A DNA stretch of 64,000 bases from Pocillopora damicornis (lineage: Eukaryota). The notes below the pieces were generated by a model. It was not told where the DNA came from. It saw nothing but the letters and a program-made list of their open reading frames with translations, and did no database searches. The position numbers and the translations under genes were made by a program. The stretch covers positions 434,001 to 498,000 of the forward strand of contig NW_020846747.1 of NCBI RefSeq assembly GCF_003704095.1. The letters run 5' to 3'. Below, in pieces: positions 26,565-37,297 of the stretch (within the stretch, counting starts at the first letter, position 1; every line of letters begins with the position of its first letter).

Positions 26565-26980
26565 ACAAATACTCCGTGTTCGGCAGTCGACAGTTTTCCT
26601 CAATTTCAAGTTTTACTGCGCAATTAAGTTCGAATTATAATACGCAAGACCGTTTTGTTTACGTCACTAATAAATTCACGATTCACTTGTTGTTTTCACA
26701 AATGTAAATCGGGTACAACTGTTTGCCGCAAGCTTCCAGACACGAACAAACAAAACAATTTCCGTGTCCGGCAGTCGAATGTTTTCCTCAATTTTAAGCT
26801 TTCCTCTCGACAGACTCGAAACACACCTTATTGGGCAATGCTATTATTGCTTACGTTGGTAATAAATTTGCGATTGCCGCTTTTCAGTATTACGAATGTA
26901 AATGGTAATTACTTCAGGACACGATTTCACAAATACTCCGAGTCCAGTTGTCAAATGTTTTCCTCGAAATTAAGGAATTT
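26565..26980 (+). repeat. Three imperfect tandem copies, period about 180 bp
   Basis: CACAAATACTCCGTGTTCGGCAGTCGA..GTTTTCCTCAATTT recurs near 26566, 26755 and 26927. Confidence 0.6.
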
Positions 26981-27177
26981 AAACTATTCCATACTATGTA
27001 ATTGATTTATTATAACCATTGAAATGTACGAGATTTTCTATTTTTTGAAAGCGTTTATCGCTATTTCGCAAAGAGACAAATTTCGTCGTGGGCGTATATT
27101 TGACTCCATTGACCTTTAGAGCGTAACTTGGTACTAAATGTCATATAATGCAACAATTCAGTGACAATTTTCATCAT

Positions 27178-27580
27178 GCTTACCTTTCACGGAGACTTAA
27201 TGGCTGAATTGGAGACAAAAAGTCTCGCTTTGGGCTGCTTTCGCACAGTCTGGAACGATTGAGCGCAAAGTACTAACAATTTGATATGCGAGACATGTAT
27301 CAATCACGCATTGGTCATGTCGTTCACCGCTGGGAATAAATAAGAACGTTATTGTTTCCCTGGCCTCGCAGCGCAAACGGGTCACGACGGGCACATGCAA
27401 CGAATTCTACCTCTCCCTACTCCTCATAATAAGTGTCCGCCGTGTGATAACAAACGGCTTGACGCAACACCAGGCCCAACACTGATTAGGGTCGCGGTTG
27501 CGCGACGGAACACTTACGTAATGATCTAGATAATAACTGCTAAGGACACCTACCGATTAGTAGAGAGCCAAAAGGTGAGG
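27178..27580. promoter_or_regulatory. Candidate bidirectional promoter between the divergent P450 genes
   Basis: Minus-strand donor AAG|GTAAGC at 27184/27183 and plus-strand donor AAG|GTGAGG at 27574/27575 flank a CpG-rich 400 bp. Both genes have an acceptor just upstream of their ATG. Confidence 0.45.
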
Positions 27581-28802
27581 TATACCGTCTTTACTCTTTT
27601 TATAACCATAAACAACATTATCTCTGCTGAGAATAACTGCAAGGGTCATTGACTGACCATGGGGACGAACAATGAACTGTTTACGTGCACTCTGCGGTGA
27701 CAAGACCAAGTTTCGCTCATCGCCGCTAAACGATGTCAATATTTTTTGATGATCTGGGGTTGAACTTTCCCCCCATAACCTTCGAAAAAAATAGATACTA
27801 GCCATTAAAAAGAAATGATGAATATTTGACCACAAAGCTTAAAGAAATTTGGATGGTTAATCACGGTTGTGGTTATTCTTCTCTATGTAGTCGTGACTAA
27901 TGATCGCGTGTCGTTGCTAAAACAAATCAGGCGTTTTGAAGATCGAACTAAGTGGCTCTATGGGAAAGTGATGCGAAATAGAAATCACTCGTAACACTAG
28001 AGCAAATCCTTTGATCTCATGAAAGAGCACATTTTATTTTTTGATGCGAATTGATGCTAAAATTCTAGTTACTATTGAGGACGTGAGTTGTTAGAGCCGA
28101 GATTCCATTCCTTCTTTTATTGGAACGGTTTACGTCATTAGTGACTTAGTTGCCATGGTAAATTGCTCCACTCAGGGGTAAAGCTAACCTCTCCCCTCCC
28201 CCTCCCCCGCAGAGTAGAGAAAAAAAACTGCAAGACTGTAAAGCATTGAACGCATCAGATAATCAAACAATGCGCAAACAGGAACTTATGCGATCAATTT
28301 AAATGAAAAAAGAATTTAATAGGACCCTGGAATGAGTCTGACACGAACTTGTTCATTCTAATTTTGTATTGCGTGACGGATATCGTGCGTTACGGTATTA
28401 TGCTATCATGTCATTTGATCGTTTCGTTTCAAATTTGATTGACAGCCTTAGCCACGCCTTTTGTTCTGGTATATGTTTTTTGACGATCTATGAAATAAAA
28501 TGTTTAAACGAAACTTTGGCCTTTGTACGAATTATCACATGCTGCATTGCAGAAGAAACTCTCCAGTTCATAGCTGGCTGAGTAAAAAAAATTAAACGAT
28601 AACATTTCATATTTAAAATAAAGGAACGATAATAGCTGCGAATAGAAAAGGTAAACCGAGACTGTAAAAGAAAAAGTCAGGTCCTACGCGCGCGCTTGAA
28701 CCAATGCATACTTACTCTGTTGTATGTTAGTCCCAACAAAACTCAAGTAGATCTTTCTTCATTATTGTATGCTTTTGTTCTCATTTGTCTTGCAGTTCCA
28801 AC

Positions 28803-30317
28803 ATGATCTTGGAGGCCGTTATCTCCATTTTTCTCCTCTCATTGGGGTGGTGGTTCTTTCTTGCCCCTGCGACGCCCAAAAATCTTCCCCCGGGTCCCCG
28901 TCCGTACCCTGTGATAGGCAATTTGACTCAGTTGGTAGGAAAATCGATTCACTTGGCCGTGACTGACCTCGCAAAGGAATATGGGAAGATCCTCACGCTA
29001 TACTTACCGGGAGGTCAGCGGTGTATCCTAATAAATTCCGTAGACCTAGCCCGTGAGGCCTTGCTGATCAAGAAGGATGATTTCGCTGGGAGGCCTCGAA
29101 CATTCATCGGAGATTTTCTCACACGAGAAGCTAAGGACATTTTCTTTGCGGATTTCTCAAAAACCATGATTTTGCAACGGAAGCTGGTTCATTCTGCTCT
29201 ACGCATGTACGGAAGCGGTCTCAAACAGCTAGAGGTGAGGATCTGCGATGAAGCAGGACGAATGTTAGATCGACTCTCCGCTCATCAAGGAAATGCGATC
29301 GATCCCAAAGATGACATCAGCCTAATGGTTTTAAACGTGATTTGCGCTGTTACTTATGGAGAAAGTTATGCACTCGACGACGATGAATTCCAGCGAATTA
29401 TAAAGTATAACGATCACTTCATTCGCCTTTTCAAAGGTTTTAACATTCTCGAAATGCTTCCATGGCTGCGGTTTTTTCCAATTGAAGAAAGTCGAATCCT
29501 TAGAGAGGCAAAAGAATTAAGAGACGCAGTCTTAGATACCAAGTACCACGAACACAAAAAGAAGTTTGAAGAAAGTGCGAACAAAAAAGACATAAAAATC
29601 CAAGATTTGACCGATGCGCTCTTAAAAGCTTTTTACGAAGCGCAAGAAGAAGACGGAAAAATTTCGCAGGTACTGACGGAGGACCATTTGGTAATGATAA
29701 TAAATGACGTATTCAACGCTGGCATTCAGTCCACTATAGCGACGTTGCTATGGTTACTAGCTTACATGGTTAATTACCCAGATATCCAATCGCGCGTCCA
29801 TGCAGAATTGGATGATGTCATTGGTCGTGATCGAAAACCGCGACTCGAAGATCGAGGTCGTCTTCCTTATTTGGAAAGTACCGTGGCAGAAGTGCTGCGT
29901 ATTGCAACCACCACCCCCTTATCGATCCCTCACAAGTCAACACGGAAGAGTTCGCTGGGGGGATATGACATCCCCAAGGATACAATGATGATGACAAATC
30001 TATGGGCGATTCATCACGATCCAAAGGAATGGGAAGATCCGGACGTGTTTAAACCCGAACGGTTTCTTGATGTTGAAGGAAACTTCTCGGTTTCAGGCCC
30101 CAATGGTTATCGAAGTTACCTGCCTTTCAGCGCCGGAAGAAGAGTGTGTTTAGGCGAGTCGCTGGCCAAGATAGAGCTGTTTCTAGTTACGTCCAGGCTT
30201 CTGCATCAGTTCAAGTTCGAGCCAGCACCAGAGACACAGCTTCCCGAGCTTTCTGGTATCGTGGGAGTCGTGCTTGTTCCCGAATCTTACAAAATTTGCA
30301 TAAAGAACCGGCACTAA
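28803..30317 (+). CDS. Cytochrome P450 (clan 2, CYP17/CYP1-like), intact, intronless CDS, 504 aa
   Basis: ATG at 28803 (MILEAVISIFLL..) follows acceptor TTGCAG; the ORF track begins 6 codons early at a non-ATG codon. Motifs: LPPGPRP, AGIQST I-helix, EVLR, FKPERF and heme motif FSAGRRVCLG. Confidence 0.97.
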   Translation: MILEAVISIFLLSLGWWFFLAPATPKNLPPGPRPYPVIGNLTQLVGKSIHLAVTDLAKEYGKILTLYLPGGQRCILINSVDLAREALLIKKDDFAGRPRTFIGDFLTREAKDIFFADFSKTMILQRKLVHSALRMYGSGLKQLEVRICDEAGRMLDRLSAHQGNAIDPKDDISLMVLNVICAVTYGESYALDDDEFQRIIKYNDHFIRLFKGFNILEMLPWLRFFPIEESRILREAKELRDAVLDTKYHEHKKKFEESANKKDIKIQDLTDALLKAFYEAQEEDGKISQVLTEDHLVMIINDVFNAGIQSTIATLLWLLAYMVNYPDIQSRVHAELDDVIGRDRKPRLEDRGRLPYLESTVAEVLRIATTTPLSIPHKSTRKSSLGGYDIPKDTMMMTNLWAIHHDPKEWEDPDVFKPERFLDVEGNFSVSGPNGYRSYLPFSAGRRVCLGESLAKIELFLVTSRLLHQFKFEPAPETQLPELSGIVGVVLVPESYKICIKNRH

Positions 30318-30797
30318 CTGACTTTGGTCAACCATGTTATAATACCTTGCCAATAGAACTGCAAGAACAAATTTCGCGTAACCTGGGTCATTGTAGCAAG
30401 AACTATTTGGTTTGTTTTTTTACTGGACCTTAATCACCACTTTTAACAAAAGGCTTAGTGTTACGTTATATGTTCACGTTGAGGGCATAGAGTAATAATT
30501 TAACCCTCTACACCCTGACATTAGTATGTATATTATCCATGCAGTTTTTATACATGATACTGAAACATGGAGCCTTTGTTTAGCAATCAAGTGCTTCTTT
30601 TATTAGCGATAATCTCCTTCATTTATTACCTTAATGTTTGATTTAGCAGGGATATCGTAGGAAAAAAATTAGATGCTTGTAAGGTTCATTGAAGTGTATC
30701 TTTTCTCTACATGTTTCTGATACTTTTGTACAGTGCAAACAAAGGTATTTATATCCACTTGGGTAAGATAAAGTAAGACACTCCTCTTGAAAAATAC

Positions 30798-32258
30798 TTA
30801 TACTGAACACAGTGCTATGTCAAGGGAGAGAGCATTCAGAACGCACTTAAAAAATACGAGTGTTGCAAAGACGAAACTCGAAATATAAAAAGCTTGGAAA
30901 AGAGTATGTCTCGTAGTAGATTCGTCAATAATTGTGAGAAGCTCATTATAAGCTCCTCCAGATTGCTTGGCTAAGGGTAAAATATGCCCTCTTATGTCTT
31001 GAATGTAACTGATATACTCCTTTTTATTTCGTGAAAGATCATCTAGAAGGCCTTGCACGTGATTAAGCTCTGCTTTCGAAAGGTCACGCAACAGATTCCA
31101 ATGACTAATGAAGTAATGGGACAAGAATTTTTTGCTGTAAACCTCCCTCAGTTTGTTCACCATAAGTTCAAACAATGCGCCTAAGCGGTGATTGGCGAGG
31201 TCATGGTAATCAAGGCCGTTATCTGTCTCGGCAAGCCAAAGGAAAATTGTCTTTAAATAGTACGACGCTAAAATCTTTTTGTTTCCCAGTCTTGGTTTCA
31301 GATGTTTCTTGTAAGCATACCTCAACATGATGTAACACAGTTTCAAAGCGTGTTTGTCACTATGATACTGGAACAATATTCTCTCAGCTTTAGAGAATGA
31401 AAACCTCCAATCTAACTGGGAATTTTCAGAGGAACCTGATGGTTTGTATACCAAATGACAGCCACCTTTAGCAATTTTTTGTATCATTCCAGTGCTTAGA
31501 AGCCGGAAATCTCTGCTTTCTCGATTCAGCCATTCTACTGCGCTCCGAGGCCAACCAGAGAAACTCAAGGCGACAGCAATATCAATGACTCCCATGTAAC
31601 CATACCTTTGTGCATGAATTTCTTTTGCTCTCAATGTTATAGCCGGTTCATTCTGTATGACGTCGAAGTCGCCATCGTTAAAATTCTCTTGCGTGGCTCG
31701 AAGGAAATGACTGTAAATTGCACTTGCACTTACAAATTGCTGATTTGCTTTCTTCAAAACTTGGAATAATTCTGATCGTGAGTTTTTTATCCGTTGTACC
31801 ATTTCTTGCATTTGCACCCACACAAACCCAACAGGAGTACGGCTAACGTCAATGTCGTCTTCGCTAACACTCAGAATCTTTGGTGAAACCATTACATCGA
31901 TGTCTTGTTCGCTTCCTGTCACATCCACTGAGAAAAAGCCATAGCCCTCCATAACGCTACCACATTTCTCGATTGAGTATAAATCGTCATCTTTTCCCAT
32001 CACAGATGGAAGTAAGTCGAAATCCTCTCGGTAAAGATTCGATGCCAGTTGCTTTTGAATGAATTCATCGACTTTATAAGCCTTTCTGAGGCGGCTGTTC
32101 AAGGGATGTTCTGTAAATCGCTTGTACGCGAGCAACGCGATAAAGATGCATGCTCCACTGAACACAGACACATTTAAAACGTCAGTAAAGCTCAGGCGAC
32201 GAACAGTTGTCCCGTCCATGTCCAAGTTCTTCTCTTGTCGAGAAACACTAAGGAACAT
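30798..32258 (-). CDS. Mab21-domain nucleotidyltransferase / cGAS-like receptor (cGLR), intronless, with putative N- and C-terminal hydrophobic helices
   Basis: GSVMEG...DIDVM catalytic signature, third Asp in IDIAVAL, WPRSAVEW, GCHLVYK, WRFSFSKAE, SYYLKTIFLW and LSHYFISHWNLL, all typical of the Mab21/cGLR family. The start could be any of the first three Met codons. Confidence 0.9.
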   Translation of the reverse strand: MFLSVSRQEKNLDMDGTTVRRLSFTDVLNVSVFSGACIFIALLAYKRFTEHPLNSRLRKAYKVDEFIQKQLASNLYREDFDLLPSVMGKDDDLYSIEKCGSVMEGYGFFSVDVTGSEQDIDVMVSPKILSVSEDDIDVSRTPVGFVWVQMQEMVQRIKNSRSELFQVLKKANQQFVSASAIYSHFLRATQENFNDGDFDVIQNEPAITLRAKEIHAQRYGYMGVIDIAVALSFSGWPRSAVEWLNRESRDFRLLSTGMIQKIAKGGCHLVYKPSGSSENSQLDWRFSFSKAERILFQYHSDKHALKLCYIMLRYAYKKHLKPRLGNKKILASYYLKTIFLWLAETDNGLDYHDLANHRLGALFELMVNKLREVYSKKFLSHYFISHWNLLRDLSKAELNHVQGLLDDLSRNKKEYISYIQDIRGHILPLAKQSGGAYNELLTIIDESTTRHTLFQAFYISSFVFATLVFFKCVLNALSLDIALCSV

Positions 32259-33446
32259 TCACAAGATACTCTTGACGTACAGCTCTTACTTTCACTTCGG
32301 CTATGTTTATGTTATAAACCCGCAGTGGCCTGGGACTACTTCATACTCCGCGTTTAATGGCTAATGCAGGCGCAATCCAACACCTATAGCGATTGGTATG
32401 AAAGGAAAGTCTCTCTTCTTCTTTTAAAAACCTTCATCGCAATTTTGGATTATTCTTTTCGTGAGGCAGCTGATTTTGTAGAAATGTGCCCAGAAGCTGA
32501 CAGGTTCTTCGATTTTCCATTTGGGTATAGCTTGCACCGGCTATTAAACAGAAAAGTTTACAAACATCACTTAAATCTTTACGATTAATTTGTTCGTTTT
32601 TGCTGAGCGTGTGAGGTAGTTGGCGATGCTAAGACTGGCTGCCAGCTGAGAACTCTTGATATAAGTCACCAATTAGCATATAAAGGTTGTTTTTAAATTA
32701 AAACAGGCCACTTGGTTTACCTGAAAGCGAAGAACAACGTCGAAGAAAGTCGGGCATGAAAATTATTTTACAGAGCGTTATTCATGCAACAACAAAAAGT
32801 GAATTAAATTTTTTAAAAGATGGTAAAGTTTGCTTAGACGCCAAAAAATTTCAGTGAAAAATTGTAAAAGATATCAGAAATTATATATCTCAATAGAAAA
32901 ATGTATTTAAGCCAACAAATCGCTGATAGACACTGTAGTTTGAGAAATACAGAGTTTTAACCAAGAAATCATGCTTGCAGACGATTGGAAATAAAAGCTT
33001 AAAAAATGACTTGTTTGCAATATTGCCCTCAATGATTAAAATTTATTATGGCGATGCCATGGAGAAAAGAAATAAAAGAGGGTAGAGTGAAAAACGATTT
33101 ATATGGCGAATGAAAACCATATGCAAGATGTTGATTTTATTAACAGGAACCAAACGTGCCAGCCATATCTGATGAGCTTCATTTGCGTATGCTAATTTTA
33201 AAGTTTCTTTGTTTCGTTGATGTTTTGAAGGGTGAATCATTTTCTTTCTCGAGTTGGTTGTTTTTATGGTTTTCATTAAGCCTCTCGCGTAGGCAGGCGA
33301 TAGAGATTAAGCTGTTCCTTTTTCGAATATCGTGTGAATCCTTGAGAAGGCTGTGACTTGTTCAAAAAGCGGGCGAGCAGATGGAGGGAATTTCGAGAGC
33401 TCTGTGAAGAAACAAGTTTATTTTTGAGGAAAAACACCTGGGCCTG

Positions 33447-36400
33447 ATGGATGAGAGGTGAAGAGGAATTAGCATTTTTAAAATTTCGTTTTCAAAGTCT
33501 TGGAAAATGCCATACAGTTGCACTTTTATATTTCTGTGTGTTTTAACTTTTTATGCCAACAAATTCACCGCTTAGATGAGCAACCGCATTGGGTATCCAA
33601 AGACATGCTGACAATACTATAAACATTCTCGATGTTGAACTTAAAAAACGATAATACTTTCCCGAATTAATGTTTCGTACAATTTTTAACGAATTCGCAT
33701 AGTTGAGCGACTGCATTGAATATCCAAACATGCTAACAATACATCCTGCAACAATACTGTAAACATTCGCGTTGTCAAACTTTGAATGTATGGTAACTGG
33801 CAGGGGATGAATAAGGAAAAAAGTTTTAAAAAATTCGAGCCTGACCTANNNNNNNNNNNNNNNNNNNNNNNNNNNNNNNNNNNNNNNNNNNNNNNNNNNN
33901 NNNNNNNNNNNNNNNNNNNNNNNNNNNNNNNNNNNNNNNNNNNNNNNNTATGTCACGGTTCAACAAGAGAAATTCTGTAGCCTGAGTACTGTCAACAATG
34001 AGCCTCCTTTTTATGTCTTTCATGTAATAAAGGCATGCTGCAAATCAAAACTATATCTTTAAAGTTAAGTGCGTCGTGTTTAGCACTTAGATTCTAAAAT
34101 GAATGCGCTTTTCATTTTTACTTGTTGTCCCTTTTCAAGTGTCCTTCGTCACTCATTGGCTAAAATGTTGACAGGGGTCACGTGGCAAGTCAATATAGTC
34201 GTCCTGGTCTTGATTGAAGTGATCATCAACCTCGTCCTCATGCTGATGGAATTTAATGTTATCAAAGGTAATAAATGTTCTATTTATGATCGTAATAGGA
34301 CTGTATGGAGTCCTATTTGAATCCATAAATGAAGGGAAGAATAACAGACGACCTGCAAGGATCATATCCTCGCTTGGGATTTAACGACAGCAAAGGCGGA
34401 GGCTTGATTTATAATCACGCGTATGATTACGAACAGAATTGGACGACACAAAGTAATTAAGTATTATCAACTGAGTTGATAACGTGAATGAGCCACTGTA
34501 AAGAGTTTCAAGGCTGACGTTTCGAGCGTTAGCCCTTCGTCAGAGCGAGCGTAGGCCTTCTCGAAACGTCAGCCTTGAAACTCTTTACGGTGATCAATTT
34601 ACGTTATAAAATCAGTCGATAATACTTAATTCCCCTGTTCTACTCTCCCACCGAAGCAGCACCACAATTTCTTCAGAAACTAACCCCCTTTATTCATTGG
34701 ACGACACTAAGTCTAACTAAGTTTTTCTTTACCAAAAAATTTGCCTGTCGAAGAAAATGACGCTCAAAAATGACTTCTTAAAACATAGTCCAATTACAAG
34801 AATTACATGTAAACTGTCTTATTCGAGCTTAACTCGAGCAGTTAACAAACTAACCACGTTTAGGAAAACTATATAGTTTAATTTCGATCAGTGAGTCATT
34901 CTGCTGAGACCTAGGAAAGTTGTAGAAATTTTTTTATCTTTCTGAGCTTATCAGTTTACACACAAAAATTGGATCAATATCAGTATCTGGGCAACTGCCC
35001 ACCTACCCCTCCCCTAACTCAACAACAGTCACTTGACAACAAGTTAAGGTTAATGTTGGGTTAGGGAGGGATAGGTGGGCAGTTGCCCAGATATTGATAT
35101 TGATCCAAAAATTATTGGAGATATCATTTTAATAATGTATAACTACGGAGCTGGATAAAATTCTAGGTTCCTTCGTTTCCATTGAGAGTCTCAGCGTACT
35201 TACGATTTCGCACGAAGCTTAGGTCGAAGGGGATTCAACCGGGACATTCCCATGTTACTAAAGACGTAATTAATCCCAGGGGTATTCGAGGGCAATCCCT
35301 AAGATCGGCATGACATCCACACTGACGGATAGACGATACAGAAAATAAGAGGCTCTGTTCCTTCTTTAGACGAAACTCACGTGTCCCGGTATCTGCTTCA
35401 TTTTGTTGGCTTGTCCATCCTCGCCATCTTCGTGTTTGAGGTAAGCCTCAGCAGAGTTGTTTTTGAGTTTAAAAGTAGAAATAAGAAATAATAGGCATCT
35501 AGGGTATCGTGGACACCTTGTTGTTTCGTCAGATTACGCACAAGACTGGAAATTACTTGTTTAATATGTCTCAAGCGCGTCACGAAGATCCAACAAACCT
35601 TCGAGCCAATTCTGAACTTGGGATCGACTCACACATCTAACCCTGTTCCTGGCAAATTATGCATTCAATTTTGCTTAAAACTGGGAATTGACTGCTGCTC
35701 GATGGTATTTCAATAATTGTACGAGTTTCCACTTGCAGTTCTAGCGACCAACGAGGTAAAAAAATTATCGGCTAAAGATAGCAGAGTAGCGAGCGATTTT
35801 TAAGCCGGTCACTGAGAGTTAAGAATTTACAACTCTGTATCACTGGTTGAATTCACAAATTTGAATCTCAGGAGAAGTATACTTGGAGGTGTGCTTCTGA
35901 TCTCCAACATAGCGATAATCAATTAACGCATTGATAAAGAGTGACCTCCATTCTTCGCATTTGCTCATTTCTGTAGGTTTTTCTCAAGTTTTATGCAATG
36001 GGATGTGAGTACTTTATGAAAGAGAAACTGGAGGTGAGAAAATCCCTTTAACAACTACTGTGTTTAGACCTCAGCAAAAGCTGTTCTCTTCAGCGATTTA
36101 AACATACACTTTAGCTCATTTTAAACCTCATTTTCTTGTCTACAGTTATTTGATGCATTTATCGTGGTATCGGCGTTTGTAATCGAAATAGTGTTAAGGT
36201 GAGTGTGTGCAAATACGAGTATTCAAATCCTGTGTGCGGTATGTTTAATAAGTGAATCTGTCCAGCGTCCATTCTCCTCAAAGGAGTGAATAACTTTGAT
36301 CTGCACAATCTTTTTCTTTTCGAAGGAGAGGGGGGAGGAGGGGGAGGGGGGGCTTTGACCCTACACAAGTTTCATTATAATCCGGAACCCCGTCAACGTG

Positions 36401-37297
36401 AAATTCTCCATAGTGCAAAATAATTGCTTTTGAGTGGAGCCTGTTTAAATCCGGAATTTAACCAAAATTTTGGTTGATCCGTGATCAACAGTATTGTTCA
36501 AATGTACAATTTTTTCTCGTTCACTTTTCTCCTTCCAATCTTTTCTGTGAAATTTAAAAGAGCCTGTTCCCTTTTTCGTTAATTAATTCTTTATTTATTT
36601 TATTTTTCGATGTTTGTTGTTTTTTTCTTCAGCGTCATCCGTGCAAAGAAGGCATGGAAAGGCTTTGCTTTCATCATAGTTCTTCGGTTGTGGAGAGTTT
36701 TAAGGGTCATTGTCAGTAAGTATTGAGTGATGATTTTTATAAAGCTTGGATTGTAGTAGACATTCGCAACTATATATGTGTTGCTGATAATTCCCCTCAA
36801 GCCAGCGGAACAAACACAGAAAAATTATCAGCGACATTTGCCGAAGAGAACTATTGGGGTAAACTATCCATTAAAATTTCAAATTTCTTCAACAATTTCA
36901 CACAAATTGAAATTTCATCCTTTACTGATTTTCCTTGCCAATGGCCAATCCAGAGATATGAGTTGTTGTGAGGCTACTCTTTAAACTCGTCCCCGGAGCT
37001 TTCTCGGCCAGTATTTAAGATGGCGGCTACCTAGAAAAAATGGCCGCAATCTGTGAAAGACTTTTGCTAAGTTACCCTGATTGTTAGACCGATGCGAGTG
37101 AGAGAGTTATCCAAAACTTCTCAAGTCCTTGTCACCTAACCTTCAGTTTACATGATTCCTTTCTATCCTCAGTGGTATTCACCTTCAAAGAGGAATTGTA
37201 TGAGTTGATTGAAGATGACGTCGACGCTCCCAAACAAGAAATCAAAGACGAGGAAAACAAAGAGGCTGGGAAAAGTAAAGATGAACCAAAACACTGA
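33447..37297 (+). CDS. HVCN1: Voltage-gated proton channel Hv1-like (voltage-sensor-only) protein, spliced, about 175 aa
   Basis: Phase-consistent GT-AG exons: 34140-34267 (S1 WQVNIVVLVLIEVIINLVLMLMEFNVI), 35370-35440 (S2 LHFVGLSILAIFVFE), 35977-36033 (VFLKFYAMGCEYFMKEKLE), 36146-36198 (S3 LFDAFIVVSAFVIEIVL), 36633-36715 (S4 FIIVLRLWRVLRVI) and 37173-37297 (stop). The first coding exon is uncertain; the candidate is 33447-33457, and an N gap lies at 33849-33948. Confidence 0.88.
34513..34546 (-). ncRNA. Minimal type I hammerhead ribozyme-like motif inside a dispersed palindromic repeat
   Basis: Minus strand GCT-CTGACGA-AGGGCTAACGCTC-GAAAC-GTC-AGC: CUGANGA and GAAA core, GUC cleavage triplet, GCU/AGC stem I. 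It overlaps the left arm and loop of a hairpin with arms 34494-34526 and 34560-34592. Confidence 0.6.
34971..35106. mobile_element. Palindromic MITE
   Basis: GGATCAATATCAGTATCTGGGCAACTGCCCACCTA... and ...TAGGTGGGCAGTTGCCCAGATATTGATATTGATCC are terminal inverted repeats, with AAAAATT directly flanking both ends. A degenerate relative lies at about 39030-39140. Confidence 0.85.

Noticed and set aside
33786-34023. ORFs spanning the 100-N gap
   Set aside because: Gap artefacts.
36633-36715. Apparent frameshift in the Hv S4 exon
   Set aside because: On re-reading (GCA TGG AAA GGC TTT) the exon is in frame with the phase-2 upstream donor.
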